This document shows positions 24,690-38,987 of a stretch of DNA of 64,000 nucleotides, one piece after another (the first letter of the stretch is position 1; each line of letters begins with the position of its first letter). The notes beneath the pieces are model-generated. The model made no database searches and was not told where the DNA came from. It worked only from the letters and a program-made list of their open reading frames with translations. Location: NCBI RefSeq assembly GCF_006345805.1, contig NC_043015.1, positions 8,308,001 to 8,372,000 of the forward strand, in the 5' to 3' direction. Source of the stretch: Octopus sinensis. Lineage: Eukaryota. The position numbers and the translations under genes were made by a program.

Positions 24690-26560
24690 GAAATACCAGA
24701 GATATCGAATAATGAATATTAAATTTATCGCCGTAAGTCTTAATATGCCGACGAAAAGTATGTTAGTGAAGCGAAATAAAAACTAGTAGAACGTTGAAAG
24801 GAGACTTTAACTAATGAGATAACAATGCTACCAGATTACATAGAAATAGAAAATCTCTGTAAATTCGTTTAGCGGCAGGGGGTTTGAATATAGATCAATT
24901 TTGAGAATAAAACTCAAGTAATGGAAAACGTGTATTGCGCAGCATCTGTACTGTTGAAACTGACTTACGATTAGTAAAACAATGGAGTGCAGAGGACAAT
25001 TTTCGGAGAATGAGGACTTTAGAATGAAGGTGGTCAGATGAATATATATTGGAAAAAATCAAGAACAGAAATTGAAAAGAAGTTGGCAAGTGAAAAACAC
25101 GGACGTACTCGAAAGGAAGTACAGCATAGGGTGCAAGGATTACGTGGTTAAATAAAAGATACAAGAGAACATTAGGTAACTATAAGCGGTATGACAACTC
25201 ATTTACTAATTATATACCAACGGAGCTTTAACCAGTGTCAATAGAATAGGCTCTAGAAAAAATGAAAAGGAAATTTTATCAATAACAGATGAAAGAGAAA
25301 TAATATGAAGGTAATGCTATGCTAAATGCTATCTTATTAAGGGAATTGTAGTGGCATACCATGAGCAAAAGAGTATAAAATAAATAAGTCATATGCCTTA
25401 AGTGGATAACCTCAAACTTTGATCGGAATGGTTAAAGTTTTCTGTACAATTTATATAGCAAGCATATTGGCGTACAATTTCGGTTAAATATTTGCGCAGC
25501 TTTAAACATGAAGAAAAGCCGAAAGACTAATCTGGTGATATAAAAATTTTACACGATAATATAATTAGGTTAGTACTAGATAAATAATGATACATGTACC
25601 TAGGGATATTTTGGGCCGATACGATAATGGATAGATTAATAGAACACACAGTTTCCAAACAATAAGAAGGATTAGGAGATGCTAAATACAAAACTAAATA
25701 GAAAGAATCTTATCTAAGCAAAGGAAATATGTAAGATGCGAATGTCTTAGTACTTTACTACTTTTCTAAAGTTATCAGTTATACAGCTACAGACTTACTA
25801 AAATGTGAACAGTTATACAGCTACAGACTTAAACGTATGTGAAAAGCAGAAGACACAATCTGTATTGGGATATTGTTTTAAAAAAAGTATAGTGTTTACT
25901 GAAGGAGACATTCTCTAAGGCCAGTAACAAATATGTGGCATAAGTATTAGAACAATAAATTGGAAGATAGAAGGAATTGATGGAAAAAGAATGAATTGCT
26001 TCAACGCAGTAAGATACCTTCGATATTGGAAATAGTGGTTACTAGTCGTGGCTGACAATTGAAAGCATATTACTAGAAAGTGAATTACTAATTATGGTTT
26101 GTAATGAAAAAAACACATTTAGAATGAATTTGATTATAACAGAAAGTGTTAATTCTCAGAGAACAAATACAGAATCTGTGAATAAAGAGGCCGGTGTATT
26201 TATCATGTCTTAAATGAATGCAGTATGCTAGCTTAAAAACGCTAGAAGTCTAGGCTTCACTCTGTCAACAACAAATTGAATTGGGATCACATACAAGCTT
26301 GTACATTCAAACTGTTCTTGGTGTTGGATGTTAAGTACGAGATTCTATGGGATTTAAAAAAAGAAACACTTATGGAAGCAAGTATTGCAGATATGATAGA
26401 AAGAAAAAGCAAGTGCAATATCAAAGACTTTGCATTACTATATGATAATGCAATCAGTATCAAAATGATTGAGGAAATTGAGAAATATACTAAGTTGGCC
26501 ACATACAGGATTATTTTTTCATGATTAGTGCACCCGACACACTACTTAAACAGCTAACTA
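24690..26560 (+). mobile_element. Decayed RTE-like LINE ORF2 (RT region)
   Basis: Remnants in plausible RT order: PEISNNE, DRLIEHT (STIDHI-like), EGDIL (QGDTLSP-like), RTINWKIEGIDGKRMN. Many stops and frameshifts. Confidence 0.55.
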
Positions 26561-26734
26561 AGGAACTTAAGAATAGGGATTTGAGACAGGCGTTCATTTT
26601 CTACTTGCAAGAATTCTAAGGAAAAATACGGAGATTTGAGATGAGTTTTAACTCCAAACATGATATCTATTTCTTTTAATTGATTGAGTACCTAATTTTG
26701 AATATTATTAATATCGATTTCTAGTTTTGGTCCA

Positions 26735-26880
26735 AGGCTTGAAATTTCGCGGGAGGGGTAAGTCAATTACATCCACAACAGATCACATCTAGTACTTATT
26801 TTATCGACCCTGATAAGATAAAAGGCAAATTTGCCCATAGCAGAAGTTGAACTCAGAAAGTAAAGACGGAAGAAATAATA
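26735..26880 (-). mobile_element. SINE type B, degenerate
   Basis: Minus strand ...CTGAGTTCAACT...GGGTCGATAAAATAAGTACTAG...GATGTAATTGACTTACCCC. Confidence 0.7.
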
Positions 26881-27464
26881 AAATTATTAATGAGTGCGAG
26901 AGCAGTGCATGTCATCAAAAGGACCCTGAGATAAAATGTAGGCTCAGTATACCAGTATACCAGCGTGATACGAGTACACCAGGCACATGCATTGCAACCA
27001 CATGTGCGCGACATGGCGATCTTATATCAAGATGATAAACAGCCCATGACCTTACAGTTAAAATGTTCATGGCAAGTAACCACTGGAAAGGTCCTTGAAA
27101 TTTGATTATTTTGAGATGTGGAACGACACACCCACTTTCCAGAATTATTCAAACTCCAAAGAATTTTTCTCAACACATTACTATGATGCTCCCCCACCAC
27201 AATAGCTCCTGATCGGAGATACAAATATCTTTTTCAAGGCTTGCTCCTAGTGTAGAAAAGAGATACACATATCTTTGATCACTAAGGGACGTGCTGGACT
27301 GGTTCAGGTTAAACAACTGACAAGCAAATCTGTAGTATTAAGTAGAATTTTTGCTGTAGCTCATCTTTTGTGGTCAGACAAAATGTACACATGATAACAC
27401 TTCCAATCAGTTAAGATCTAAAGCCATAAGAATCTGCGCTTGGTACACCATCACGTTACTTTTT

Positions 27465-27598
27465 CTTCTTCTTCTTCTTCTTCTTCTTCTTCTTCTTCTT
27501 CTTCTTCGTCGTCGTCGTCGTCTTCTTCTCATCGTCATCATCATCATCATCATCATCATCATTGTTATTATTATTATTATTAGTAGTAGTAGTAGTAG
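27465..27598. repeat. Compound trinucleotide array (CTT)-(CGT)-(CAT)-(ATT)-(AGT)
   Basis: Direct reading. Confidence 0.95.
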
Positions 27599-27884
27599 CA
27601 GAATTTCTTACGTAAAAACATATAAATAATTTGATTTCTTTCTATCGCACGTGCACACACGCACACACACACACATACACATTCTCTCTCTCCCTCGCCT
27701 TCATTCACTCTCTCCCTCCTTTTTCTTCTCCTTCACTTTCTCTGTCTCTGTCAATCTCTGTCTGTTTCTCTCTCTCTCTCACATATATATGTATACATAT
27801 GCAAATTTTCTAGAAATTATAGTTCCTTATAGTTCCTTATACGTGTCCTAAAATCAGTGCTTTTTGTCTCTCAAACCAACCAAT

Positions 27885-28315
27885 AGGCGGCGAGCTGGTT
27901 GAAACGTTAGCACGCCGCGCGAAATGCTGCCGTTATGTTCTGAGTTCAAATTCTGCCGAGGTCGACTTTGCCTTCCATTTTCTCGGGGTCGATAAATCAA
28001 GTACCAGTTACGCACTGGGGTCGATGTAATCAACTTAATCCTATTGTCTGTCTTTGTATGTCCCCTCTATATGTAGCCCCTTGTGGGCAATAAAGAAATA
28101 AGAAACGTTATCACGCCGCACATACCGATGTTTCGTCTGCCGTTTCTTTCTGAGTTCAAATTCCGCCGAGGTCGACTTTGCCTCACATCTTTTCGGGGTC
28201 GATTTACTAAATACGAGTTAATCACTGGGGTCGATATAATCGACTTAATCCCCTTGGCTGTCCTTGTTTGTCCCCTCTATGTTTAGCCCCTGCGCCGTGT
28301 GCAATAAATAAATCA
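27885..28315 (+). mobile_element. Head-to-tail dimer of SINE type B
   Basis: Two colinear copies (27885-28101 and ~28101-28315), each with GAGTTCAAATTC..CCGAGGTCGACTTTGCC and GGGGTCGAT. Confidence 0.85.
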
Positions 28316-30765
28316 ATATTACAAAGTTAACTTCATGAGCTCTATGATACACAATTATCATAAAATTATCACGTGATAAAGACACTTATCCCTCGGACAG
28401 CAGAGTAAAATAGATCGTTTCTAAGACATTTTCGAGCACATTTTGAATTTTAACTCAGCTTCCTCTTTTAATAATGTATTCAGAAAGTCTGTGCACTCAA
28501 AATTAGTTATGCTTATGTGAGACGATGCACATTCATATCACAGCTTCCTTAAATTCTATCGCATTTGTCTTAAACGTAATTTCGCATTACGCCAGGCTTG
28601 TTAAACATAATTATATAATTCAAAACACCCACACTACCTGCTACACAGAAGTCAGCATTGATCCCGCAGGCGATGTTTCATTAAGACATAATGATTGTGG
28701 GACTATGCTATCCAAAGCAAGAGGAAATATATTTTTAAAGAGTTCATGAAATTTAAGGCAGATGTGACTGCTAGAAATAGGCTCCTTCATTGTCTCATAT
28801 AATCAATTATTTAAATGATGACTTCTCCTTAAAAAAAAATATTATAGAATCTTGGTTATCTCCATGAAAAAATTACTATAGTTTTGTTCAAGCTGATTTC
28901 ATAATCAAATAGTTCTTCATTGTAATTGCGTCCAGTGATATCAGAGATGTCAGCTTACAGATCAACGATAATATTTTTATCGTCTATTGGCAAATTTATT
29001 TTTTTGTGCATTGATACTTGTAACAACATAATGGAATTTGCTGAAAACATTTTTTAAACAGATCTTGGTTTCTGAAAAATCAGCACTGAAAGAGGATTAA
29101 TAGGTAACGGTTATCATTCTTCTTTTCCTCGTTACAAAATAGGAATTTGGCAAGATTTCCTTGTATTTTTAGAATTAGATTATGTACATTGCAGTGAAGC
29201 CGAAATTGTATATGTAATAGCCGGTGTAAAACCTACTGAAATATATTGTAATATGATTTATATTCAAATTGTAACCATACGTGTACCCCTCCCTACCTAT
29301 TCATAAGTATATGGCTAGCAAAAATATTCCAATAATCATTCGGATCTTGGATGAATGTACTCGGGTTTAATCATAGTTGCCACAGTTTCTTATTCGAATC
29401 CATGTGGGAAAATATATCTGCGATCTAGTTCTGCCGATATAAGGTTTAATGAATTTGATGGAAAATTGTTAAGTTGTTATTCCAGTATTGGGTTATCACT
29501 TAATGAGGAGGCCTCTCTTAAAAACGGTAATTGTATTTCAACTTTCTCCAATGTAACAACGGTTGCATAGCATCTAATTTGAAATGCTACGTCAGAAAAA
29601 ATAGAGCACTGCCACTGCATCAGGATAACCGAAGTGATGATGAAAATTTATCACACCTGAATACTTGCTGGCGGCATAAATGACGTTGTAAATGTTTAAT
29701 AATATCTCAATCATCGATCTGAAACAGGGCTCGGACACTAGAAATATTAAGGTTCATGTAACCCAAATGTATCCCAGGTGTAAGTATACGTCTATATCGT
29801 ACTAACTCACTGCAGCACCTACAATTTGCACAAACCACCAGAAAACTGGCGTTAAATCCACACGTAACACACAAACACACACAAACACACAAACATACAC
29901 ACACACACAGGTGCGCACACAAGCAGACGTATATATTTTATTGCATGTGTATACGGACTTTCTGCGCATACATACGGTACCTGTCAGTCAACGTACAGTG
30001 GCAGACGATATTTCTGCAGAAAAGTTAAGAAACGACTCTGTTCGTATACTATTAACTACTCTGCATCGAGATACAGACATTTCTTGGACAGTCTCATACA
30101 AGCAGTGTAGTAACACAGTGAAAACTTACAATCAAACAGACATGTATACGTGATATGCTTAACTTCTGGCTATTACATAAGATGTAATGACCATTAAAGG
30201 AAAAATGTGTATAAATATTTCATATACATTCATTTTTGTAACCAATAACCACAATCAGGAAAATAATATTAGCTTCTATTGCGAACATATTTGTTTCGGA
30301 AAGGCTCGTGAATAACTATTAGAATATTTATCGGTGGCTATATTTCTATTCATGTAACAAGAACGAATTTGGAAATATTTAATCCTCTTAAATCAAAAAC
30401 AAGCTATGTGTATGCTTGTGTATTTTAAACAGAGTTAATCAGTTTTTAATATGATATTAAATTTTAATATGATATTATATTTCTGACTTCGTTTTATTAG
30501 TCAGAAAAATTTGTAAATTTGTAAATGATTTACTACCATCAAAAGCAAATGACCCCGATCGAGTTCTGAATATTATGTTGAGGATAAGTTCCCCACTATG
30601 TCCTTTGGTAGAACCCCGAAATCTTCACGAATTTTTTGTCAACAATTCTGTTTCAATGTTGCAGACTGAACAGTTGGTATCTTTTTAAAACCTGCCTGCA
30701 TTTATAGTAATCCATGTGATTACTATTACAATACAGTAGAATACATTTGCCCAAGGTCCCTTGGG

Positions 30766-30867
30766 CATCTTGGTCAAATGTCTTCTAATATAGCCTCGGG
30801 CCAACGAAAGCCTTGTGAGTGGATTTGGTAGAGGGAAACTGAAAGAAGCCCGTCGTAAATATGTGTA

Positions 30868-30920
<53 letters not shown>

Positions 30921-31138
30921 ATGTGCGTGTGTCTGTCTTTGTCCCCCCACCAACATCGCTTGACAACCGATGTTGGTGTGTTTACGTCCCCGTAACTTAG
31001 CAGTTCGGCAAATGAAGATGATAAAATAAGTAATATGCTTACAAAAAATATCGCCTGGGTTCGAGTTGCTCTACTAAAGACGGTGTTTCAGCATGGCCGC
31101 AGTGTATATATGACTGAAACAAGTAAAAGAGTAAAAGA
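30766..31138 (+). mobile_element. 5'-truncated SINE type C
   Basis: Body, internal (TA)/(TG) tract and tail ...CAGCATGGCCGCAGT...GACTGAAACAAGTAAAAGAG. Confidence 0.85.
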
Positions 31139-33617
31139 ATATATATATTTATATATATATATATATATATATTGTGTGTGTGTGTGTGTCTGTGTGTGTG
31201 TATGTGTGCGTGCGTGTTTGTCTGTGTATATATACCGAGAAGGATACACATGCATATGTACGTGTACAGTTATGTGCACGTATAATGGACGAAACAAAAT
31301 TGGTTTCAGAGTAGGTTTTGTATATTGGTTTCTGCATTCGTATCAATCTGTAAGTGAAATATATTAGATTTAAATCCAGTGCCCAATGAAACAATTTTCT
31401 CATAAATTCTCTCATATTTCTTGGTGGAAACCTTACACCATTTCCCACCAAAATATAATATTGATTTTGAGAAAATTGTAATTTATGGAGGAATGTAGTA
31501 TATAATTTTTTATTAGTAGTGTCAATTGATCCAATCTACATAGCAGAAACTAATTCAAATATGCTTTGAATTTTATTATTTCCTGTGAAATAACTTCATT
31601 AATAAGTTAAAATGCAGTAGTCATGAGCAAATGTAGTAGACTATCATTATTGGTGACCAAATATTCAGCTGCGTGTCATAAGTACGTAGCAGTAGTGTAA
31701 TTGCATGTAAATTACTCTATCATATATGTCAAAACAGTGAGAAAACATTTATGTTCCTCGTTTTCATGCAGCTAATATATGTAGACATTATATATTGCAC
31801 AGCTATACATCACACAGTGACTTAGGTTTATTTTGCAAGTGGTTCATTAATAAACACGAAATATGCTTTTGGCATACAAATTCGCTTGTGTTACTATGGA
31901 TTTTATTTTAATGTGAGTGGAGAATATTCATTATACATATGAATAATATATGGATGTGCTTGTGTTTAAATTGAATAGCAACGAAATTTGTGCGACTGCT
32001 GGGAATTTACATTGCGAAAATTATATCACTTACAGTTGGATGTTGAAATTAATATACTGTGTACAAGAATGTGAGTTAATTAATTATAACACCGAAACGA
32101 TTGCTTTGAATTAATAAATAGTAATCACGAAGTATATGTATATAATACATACTCACTTAACTGCCAGTCGTTGCGTGACGGATAAGAGAGTGCATTAGGT
32201 CAAACAAGTGAATTTATTTTCAGGTTAAGCCCGAAGAAATATATATGCATACATAAACGTATATACATGCGCGTATGTAAAAATATGTATGTTTCTGAAT
32301 GCGTTTCTGTATATGTGAGTGTATGTGTGTACATATTCACTTGTGTTTATATGTAGTTATATATATATATATAAATGAATATATATACCTACGTATATGA
32401 CGTATATGTACGTACGTATATACTGTACATATACATATATATATATATATGTGCGTGTGTGTGTGTTTTTGCTTTTGTACGTATATAGTGTATGCGCATA
32501 TATATATATGTGTGTTTGAGTGTGTCTGTCTGTCTAAACACATACATAAATGCGCTTTTGTATGTGTGTCTGATGATATCTGATTATTTGATTATTGATC
32601 CCACAAGACTAGTCATAATTTATATCTGATACATATAGTTGCGTGCCTAAATGAGCAACTATATCAAAACAACTCTTAATCAGCACTTAAGGTCAGGCTA
32701 CATGAGGTCTTCAAACAGCCATCTACTATTGATTATGTGTGTGTGTGAGTACGCGAGTGCATGTGTCTGAGCGTGCATGTGTGTGGTTGCCTATGTCTGT
32801 GTTTCTGTGCATGAATACGTATATATTTTCTAAATGTGTATGCACAGACGTCAGTATGGCACTATTTTTACGGGCTTTTGATTTGAATGAAATATAGATT
32901 CCCTTCTGAATTTTCAAAATACTATGAGACATTTCATTTCATCAATCCGTAATTCCTCAAGAGTCGATATAATGTTCCACCGGTCGCCAGTATTCTTCTA
33001 TGGATTTCATTATTAACATAATCTTAGTTTGATTATAATTATTTTGCTAATTTAGTCTGCAAGTCTGTTTGGTCTGCAATGTGCTTATGCTAGTGTGTGG
33101 CTCAGTGTCCTTGCTAACACTTATTCCTCTTCAACCAAATTATGTATTCCACCCTCGACAGGAAGAATATCAGTCTTCCAGTCGTTCCTGAAACTATTGT
33201 CAAAACAGAGATAATTAATAACATCAAAGGATTAGCTACTTCATTTTATTAATTATGTAGAATTTTGTAGTTAATTAAATAAAAATTCGTATAAAATCAA
33301 TAGAATTCGACTTTACTTTTGCCGTATAATTTGTTAAAATTCAAACTATTGCAAAGTGTTGAATTTCCAGTATGCTTACGTGCAAGTATATGCACATACA
33401 AACATGTATACACACGCATACACTCACACACATAATCACACGCACACTCACATATATACACACACAACCGTCCACATGCGCACACACACATGACTATATA
33501 TATGTGTGTGTGTGCATGTGCATATATAAATATATAATATGTAATATGTATGTATATGTATGTCTAAACATGTGTGTATACATGTGCATATGTGTATGTA
33601 TGTATATATATATATAC

Positions 33618-33655
<38 letters not shown>

Positions 33656-33766
33656 ATACACAGGCAAAGACACACATACATATGCCCACACACACAAACG
33701 CATATATATATACATTTAATTAATTAATATATATGTTTGTATATATTCATCTACCAAACAAATATA

Positions 33767-33805
<39 letters not shown>

Positions 33806-33816
33806 TATATATATCT

Positions 33817-33858
<42 letters not shown>

Positions 33859-34445
33859 TATATATAGTTGATTGCATGTAGTATGCATACTTGTATGGAG
33901 GTTTGCATGGGTATACGTGTTTGCTTGCTTTACACGTGTAAAGACATTTAATTACGCCATTCATAGTTTTACACATGGTATACATCAAACTTTCGATACC
34001 TTGCTGATTTTATTGTTAGATTTTGTGTTTTTCATATGTAGCGACTCCCAAAATATAATTAATGACGGTCGTCCTTCATAAAGTTTTGTTAGCATAAATC
34101 TTCTCTTACTGCTTATTTTTCAGCCATGTAATCCCTGTTCTAAATTAAGTAAAGTCTCACAACGATGGACGTCCATTCTATGCCTCAATTGACGCGGTAT
34201 AATCATCTGTATTCTACACTGCAATGGCCGTCATTAAAAAAGAGACGAAGTAAAGTCAAGAAATGTAATTAAGGCTTCTCAGAATTTGTAATTATATATA
34301 AATAGGAAAAAGGAACGAAAATTGTATCATGATTCTATATGGAGCAAGTAAGGATATATTATATCAATGTATCTATAGCTATATACATAGATAAATGTGT
34401 GTGCAAAAATGTATGTATGTGTTGGTGTATACACACACACACACA

Positions 34446-34995
34446 CAGACGTGCAGGAAGTAAATGGACACGTTCAATTTTCAAAATCCTTTATTTAATA
34501 CGCAAAGTGAACAATTGGAATGTAATCGATAAGAAGGACTGCATACTTCAGCATTTAGTCGACATTTCCTTTGCAGTTTTTAATTCAGAAACTCTTTTTG
34601 GCATTGAACTGATGGGATTGTCTCTTGTGGAATTTCTGCCCACTTTTCACGCAACAATCGAAACAATTTATCTTTAGATTTAGGTTTCTGTCGAGATTTT
34701 CGTATAGCTCTATCTAGTATGTCAAAATATGTTCAATTGGATTCATTTCAGGAGATTGGCTCGCCCAACGAAGCTTTTTGATTCCATTTTCAGTCAGCCA
34801 TTGTCGATTCCGTTTCGCTGTGTGGCACGAATCCCCATTTTTCGTTGTTATAGTGTGGATACATCGGAAGTTGTCCTTGCTAAGTTATTTCGATGCATTT
34901 TTCAGAATTTATGGTTCCAACACTTTCGATCAGCTGAGAACGACCATTGCTAGAGACAGCTCCCCATACCATTACAGAGATACCGTCATGTTTCA
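34446..34995 (-). mobile_element. Tc1-like transposase C-terminal relic with one TIR
   Basis: [14 protein letters not shown]...DSCHTAK...WASQSPEMNPIEHI...KWAEIP...MPKRV. TIR-like CAGACGTGCAGGAAGTAAATGGACAC at 34446. Confidence 0.85.
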
Positions 34996-35480
34996 CAGTT
35001 GGTTAGCTAAGCAGTCTAATCTATTGTCGTTATTACTACGTTTATCGAGAAATTTAGCCTCATCAATAATATCATTGTATCTCTGTATTTACGTTTTCTT
35101 ATATTTAGTGGAAATAATGTCTTTTAGCAACTTTTCATATAGATCAATACTAACTTCATATAGATTATTAGTCTTATCAGAAAATACGTACTTCTAAAGT
35201 TTATAGTAGCGGATTTCATTTTGGTGTTAAAGAAGTTATAGTACATACGGAATTAAAGATTGGTAACTAAATTAAGCAGGTCTGACTAAAAGAGAACGAA
35301 TTATTAAAATATAGGAGGGTATTTTATGTGTCTTTCAATAATAACCTTCTGTATAAGATGGTCAGAATGTGGAATCAACAAATAAGATATTCCATCTTAT
35401 CCGTTTCACGAGACCGTCAACTTTCTCAAGAATTTATTTGGTGGTGTGCTGTGTTCTTAGCAATGTAATCCATGATAAAA
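34996..35480 (-). mobile_element. Penelope-like element N-terminal fragment
   Basis: DYIAKN..., EKVDGLVKRIRWNILF, VFSDKTNNLYEVSIDLYEKLLKDIISTKYKK and NRLDCLA recall a PLE N-terminal domain. Confidence 0.6.
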
Positions 35481-35846
35481 AGAATATGTCGAAATACACT
35501 TTTCCAACAGTTGGAAAATTCCGCCTACACCTGATTAACTTGTTGATATCTTTCCAGCTTTGTGATTTAAAGTCTCAGGAGGATAACTCCTACATTTTTA
35601 CCTTTTAGTTTTCACATTTTTTTTTACCGTTTATCGTTTTCCGTTTTTAACATTCCACGTTTTGTATATGCTTCCTTTTCAACTTTTCGCGTTTCGTCTT
35701 TCATTCTAGTTACCGTGCGTAATGATATACAGTTTGTGTCTGATGATTATGTTTGAACTATTTCCGAACTTATGAAAGTATTAGTAGCTGACAATAACAG
35801 GTATTGTGTGTAATCACGACGGAACTCGAGGTGATCCACCAAAGCT

Positions 35847-36360
35847 CCACGAAGACGATTAATGCAAAGTAACACATCAGTTGCTGGGAGAGACTGAAAG
35901 AGTTGAGATTCTACACCCTTGAGTAAAGGCGGGAAAGACACGCAGTAATATACATCTGGAAAATCCTAGTCAAACTTGTGCTAAAATACAGCATTGTCAG
36001 TTACATAGACATCAAGACTTGGCGCCACTGCATAGTACCAAAACCCCCAACATTACCATTGGAAAGAGAACCAGTTACTGCAAAAGGTTCGGCTTCAAAG
36101 GCACACAGCTCTTCATTTTTCCCCACAAAGTCATGCATGGCGTGGATGTAGGCTTTTTAAAAACAAAATTGGTTCTCTTGCCAAGAGTTCCAGATGAACA
36201 CTCTTAAAGGCGAGAAAGAGATGAGGGCAGCGATATCAAACTCACTCATCCACCAAATATCACACTTCACAGGAGGTTTAGTGAAAGTGTAGCAAAGTAA
36301 ATGGCAGTGCCTCTGCATTGCCGCAGTCCTTGGACTGAAACGTAGAGTAAAAATAAAAAT
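35847..36360 (+). mobile_element. 5'-truncated CR1/L2-group LINE 3' end
   Basis: CWERLKELRFYTLE*RRERHAVIYIWKIL...GFKGTQLF...HGVDVGFLKTKL...RVPDE, then a 3' UTR ending GCATTGCCGCAGTCCTTGGACTGAAACGTAGAGTAAAAATAAAAAT. Confidence 0.85.
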
Positions 36361-36394
36361 ATAAGTATAAATATATGTATATATATATACTAAG

Positions 36395-36710
36395 TAATTA
36401 AGGGTTTAGCAACGATTTGCCTCACCACACACCGAATTTAGAAATAGCAGTCAAAGAGTTATAGCTATTCTTTCTACTAAAAGGGAGATCTCAGTAAAAC
36501 CGCAGCACTATATATATATATATAATTAGGGTTCAGCTAACTGCTTTACCACATACCGAAATTAGAAGAAGGAGTTAAAGATTCATTTTCTATTACTATG
36601 GTTATAATTATAATTATATAGATAATTTTACTTATAAAGGTTATGTTAACGTACCGATCTACTTGGTAAAATTGTTAATTAATTGATTAATTAATTAATA
36701 AATTTTAGCC
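36395..36710. repeat. Unclassified dispersed repeat family AB (CCACATACCGAA...TTAGAAATAGCAG and GGGTAAAATTAATTAATT segments)
   Basis: Shares segments with 52201-53243, 53732-53950 and 54252-54300 in mixed orientations. Confidence 0.6.
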
Positions 36711-36711
36711 T

Positions 36712-36832
<121 letters not shown>

Positions 36833-38987
36833 TTAAGTGTCTTCGTTCTGTCACAACATCAGCTACGCCAGATTTATCATTTGCAGCCCGATATATTTTC
36901 AAAGATGGTATGAGCAGGAATTTACTCCGAGACAATTTCCCAAACGCAAGGTTTTCTCAGGTCTCAAAATACTAGAACGTGTGCGATAATACTTTACACA
37001 AACTGCATATTCAACGATGTCATTTGGCTCTTTGCAACATCATACACATTATACATCTGTGCGTCGTGCCAGCATGCGTGCGTGCCTGCATGTATGTGTG
37101 GGGTGCGAGTTTATGTGTGTGCACGAAGGTTTATAGGTTATTGTTTGTGAACTCATGTGCTGGAAATGATATACAACACTCTCCTCAAAATATGAGTTAA
37201 ATTCCAATTAAAAGTTTTAGTTAAAAAAAAATACTTGTATGATATACTCCACTCGTAACTGTATACAGTTTTAAACCAAGATGAAAGAAAATATATAATC
37301 TATATAGTACGTTTTTTTCATGAAATTGTGTCATAATGAAGTATATACGAGCCGTGTGATGCCTAATAACACACATATGTTCCTAGATAAACACATACAA
37401 AGATAGAGAGACAGACAGACCGACTGCCAGACACACACACACTCGCACACAGAGGAAGACATATATTTCTGTCAGGAATGTTTGCTTTCAATTTCATCGT
37501 ATAAAGAATTCATTTGTTTTTTGTTTTTTTTTTCGATTAGATCATAAATCTAAATTTGAAAATGAGGTTGTCATGTAACAGCTTTCCTAATTACATTCGA
37601 AACGATATTCAGACGTATATTCCTTTATCAACTTCTTCATCAGAAACCTTAATATTTTCATCTCAGTTAATCGTTTCATGCCATTCATTAAAATGAATAA
37701 TGTCCACCTCGCTTATATTTTATCAGCACAAAATATTAATTGGACATCTCTTTTGGAATTTTTTCGGTAAATGTCAAAGCTAAGCCATTCAAAATTTCTT
37801 TGCAATTCATATTTTATATGAAAGTTATATTCACGTATACCCTATGGCATAATACGAATTTGTGTCAATTAATTAATGTTGCAGTGCATTCTAAATACGC
37901 TATAGTATTAAAATGATATATTAACAAATATTAACTGATTTGATTAGACATTATTGTTTGAAATTCCATTTAAAAAGCTTGTTAATTAGATTGATTATCA
38001 TACAAGATTAATGTAGTATACATTATGCAAGTCATTGACATGTTGAGTTGAGCAAGGATTTGTTCCGCTTTCCATAATTTATCCCATATATCTCATCAGC
38101 TTAATAGAATGTAAGACAAAATATGTAACTAAGGTCAATGTAAAACCAGAAATAAAATTTACAAACCAGCGATGCAACTATATACCTATTAAACGCTAAA
38201 TCTGAAAATCAAGTGTCGACCGTACAATTAGGGTTGATGAGTGTGGAAAACGTTGATTTGACATATTTATAACTACAGAACAATATGAAAGCCGTTGGTG
38301 TTATCACGGAGCATGTACTGCTCTTGTTTTTGTTAACTAAAAGAATTGGATTCTATACTGTGATGAACTTCCTTTCATATTGATACGTTTATTCGGGTAG
38401 AATCATATATTTTCATAACTGTTCAGATTACACAATCGAATAAATTTGAAATGACATAAGGTTTTAATTATCCATGCATCCTATGTTATATAGACTATAA
38501 AAGAACAAGCTTTTGAATTCAGTATACATTTGAAGTTCAAGAAATGCAGAAGAAACCAAATCGAATAGGTGAAATTTGCTTTAAATAGAAAATATAATTA
38601 AATCTGCATATTGCTTCTTGTTAACACTGAATATTTTGATGCTTTGCAAAATCACCAACTCTTGAGGATAGATTATCACCTAACTCAATTCAAGCGAGAA
38701 TAATGAAATTTTCAGGAATATACATATATTGGAATAAGTCATTTACATATAATGGTATAAAGCTGTTTATTATTTTTCTTAAACAACCTAAAATTCGTGA
38801 TCGACCCACACGTAATATTGCTTTCCTCACTAGATTAAATTTTAAGCAATTTAAATTTCGATACAAATATCCTTACAAATTTTATAACATTGCATCACCA
38901 GAATTTTTGTAATGTCTCCTTTTTTCATTTAGTTAATATTAACAGCTCTGATATCACAGAAATATACCACAAGAAATCTAACAAAAG

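Noticed and set aside
33178-33262. Possible minus-strand terminal exon NDWKTDILPVEGGIHNLVEEE*, loosely like the 12.7-kb peptide
   Set aside because: Too short, and the similarity is not distinguishable from chance by eye.
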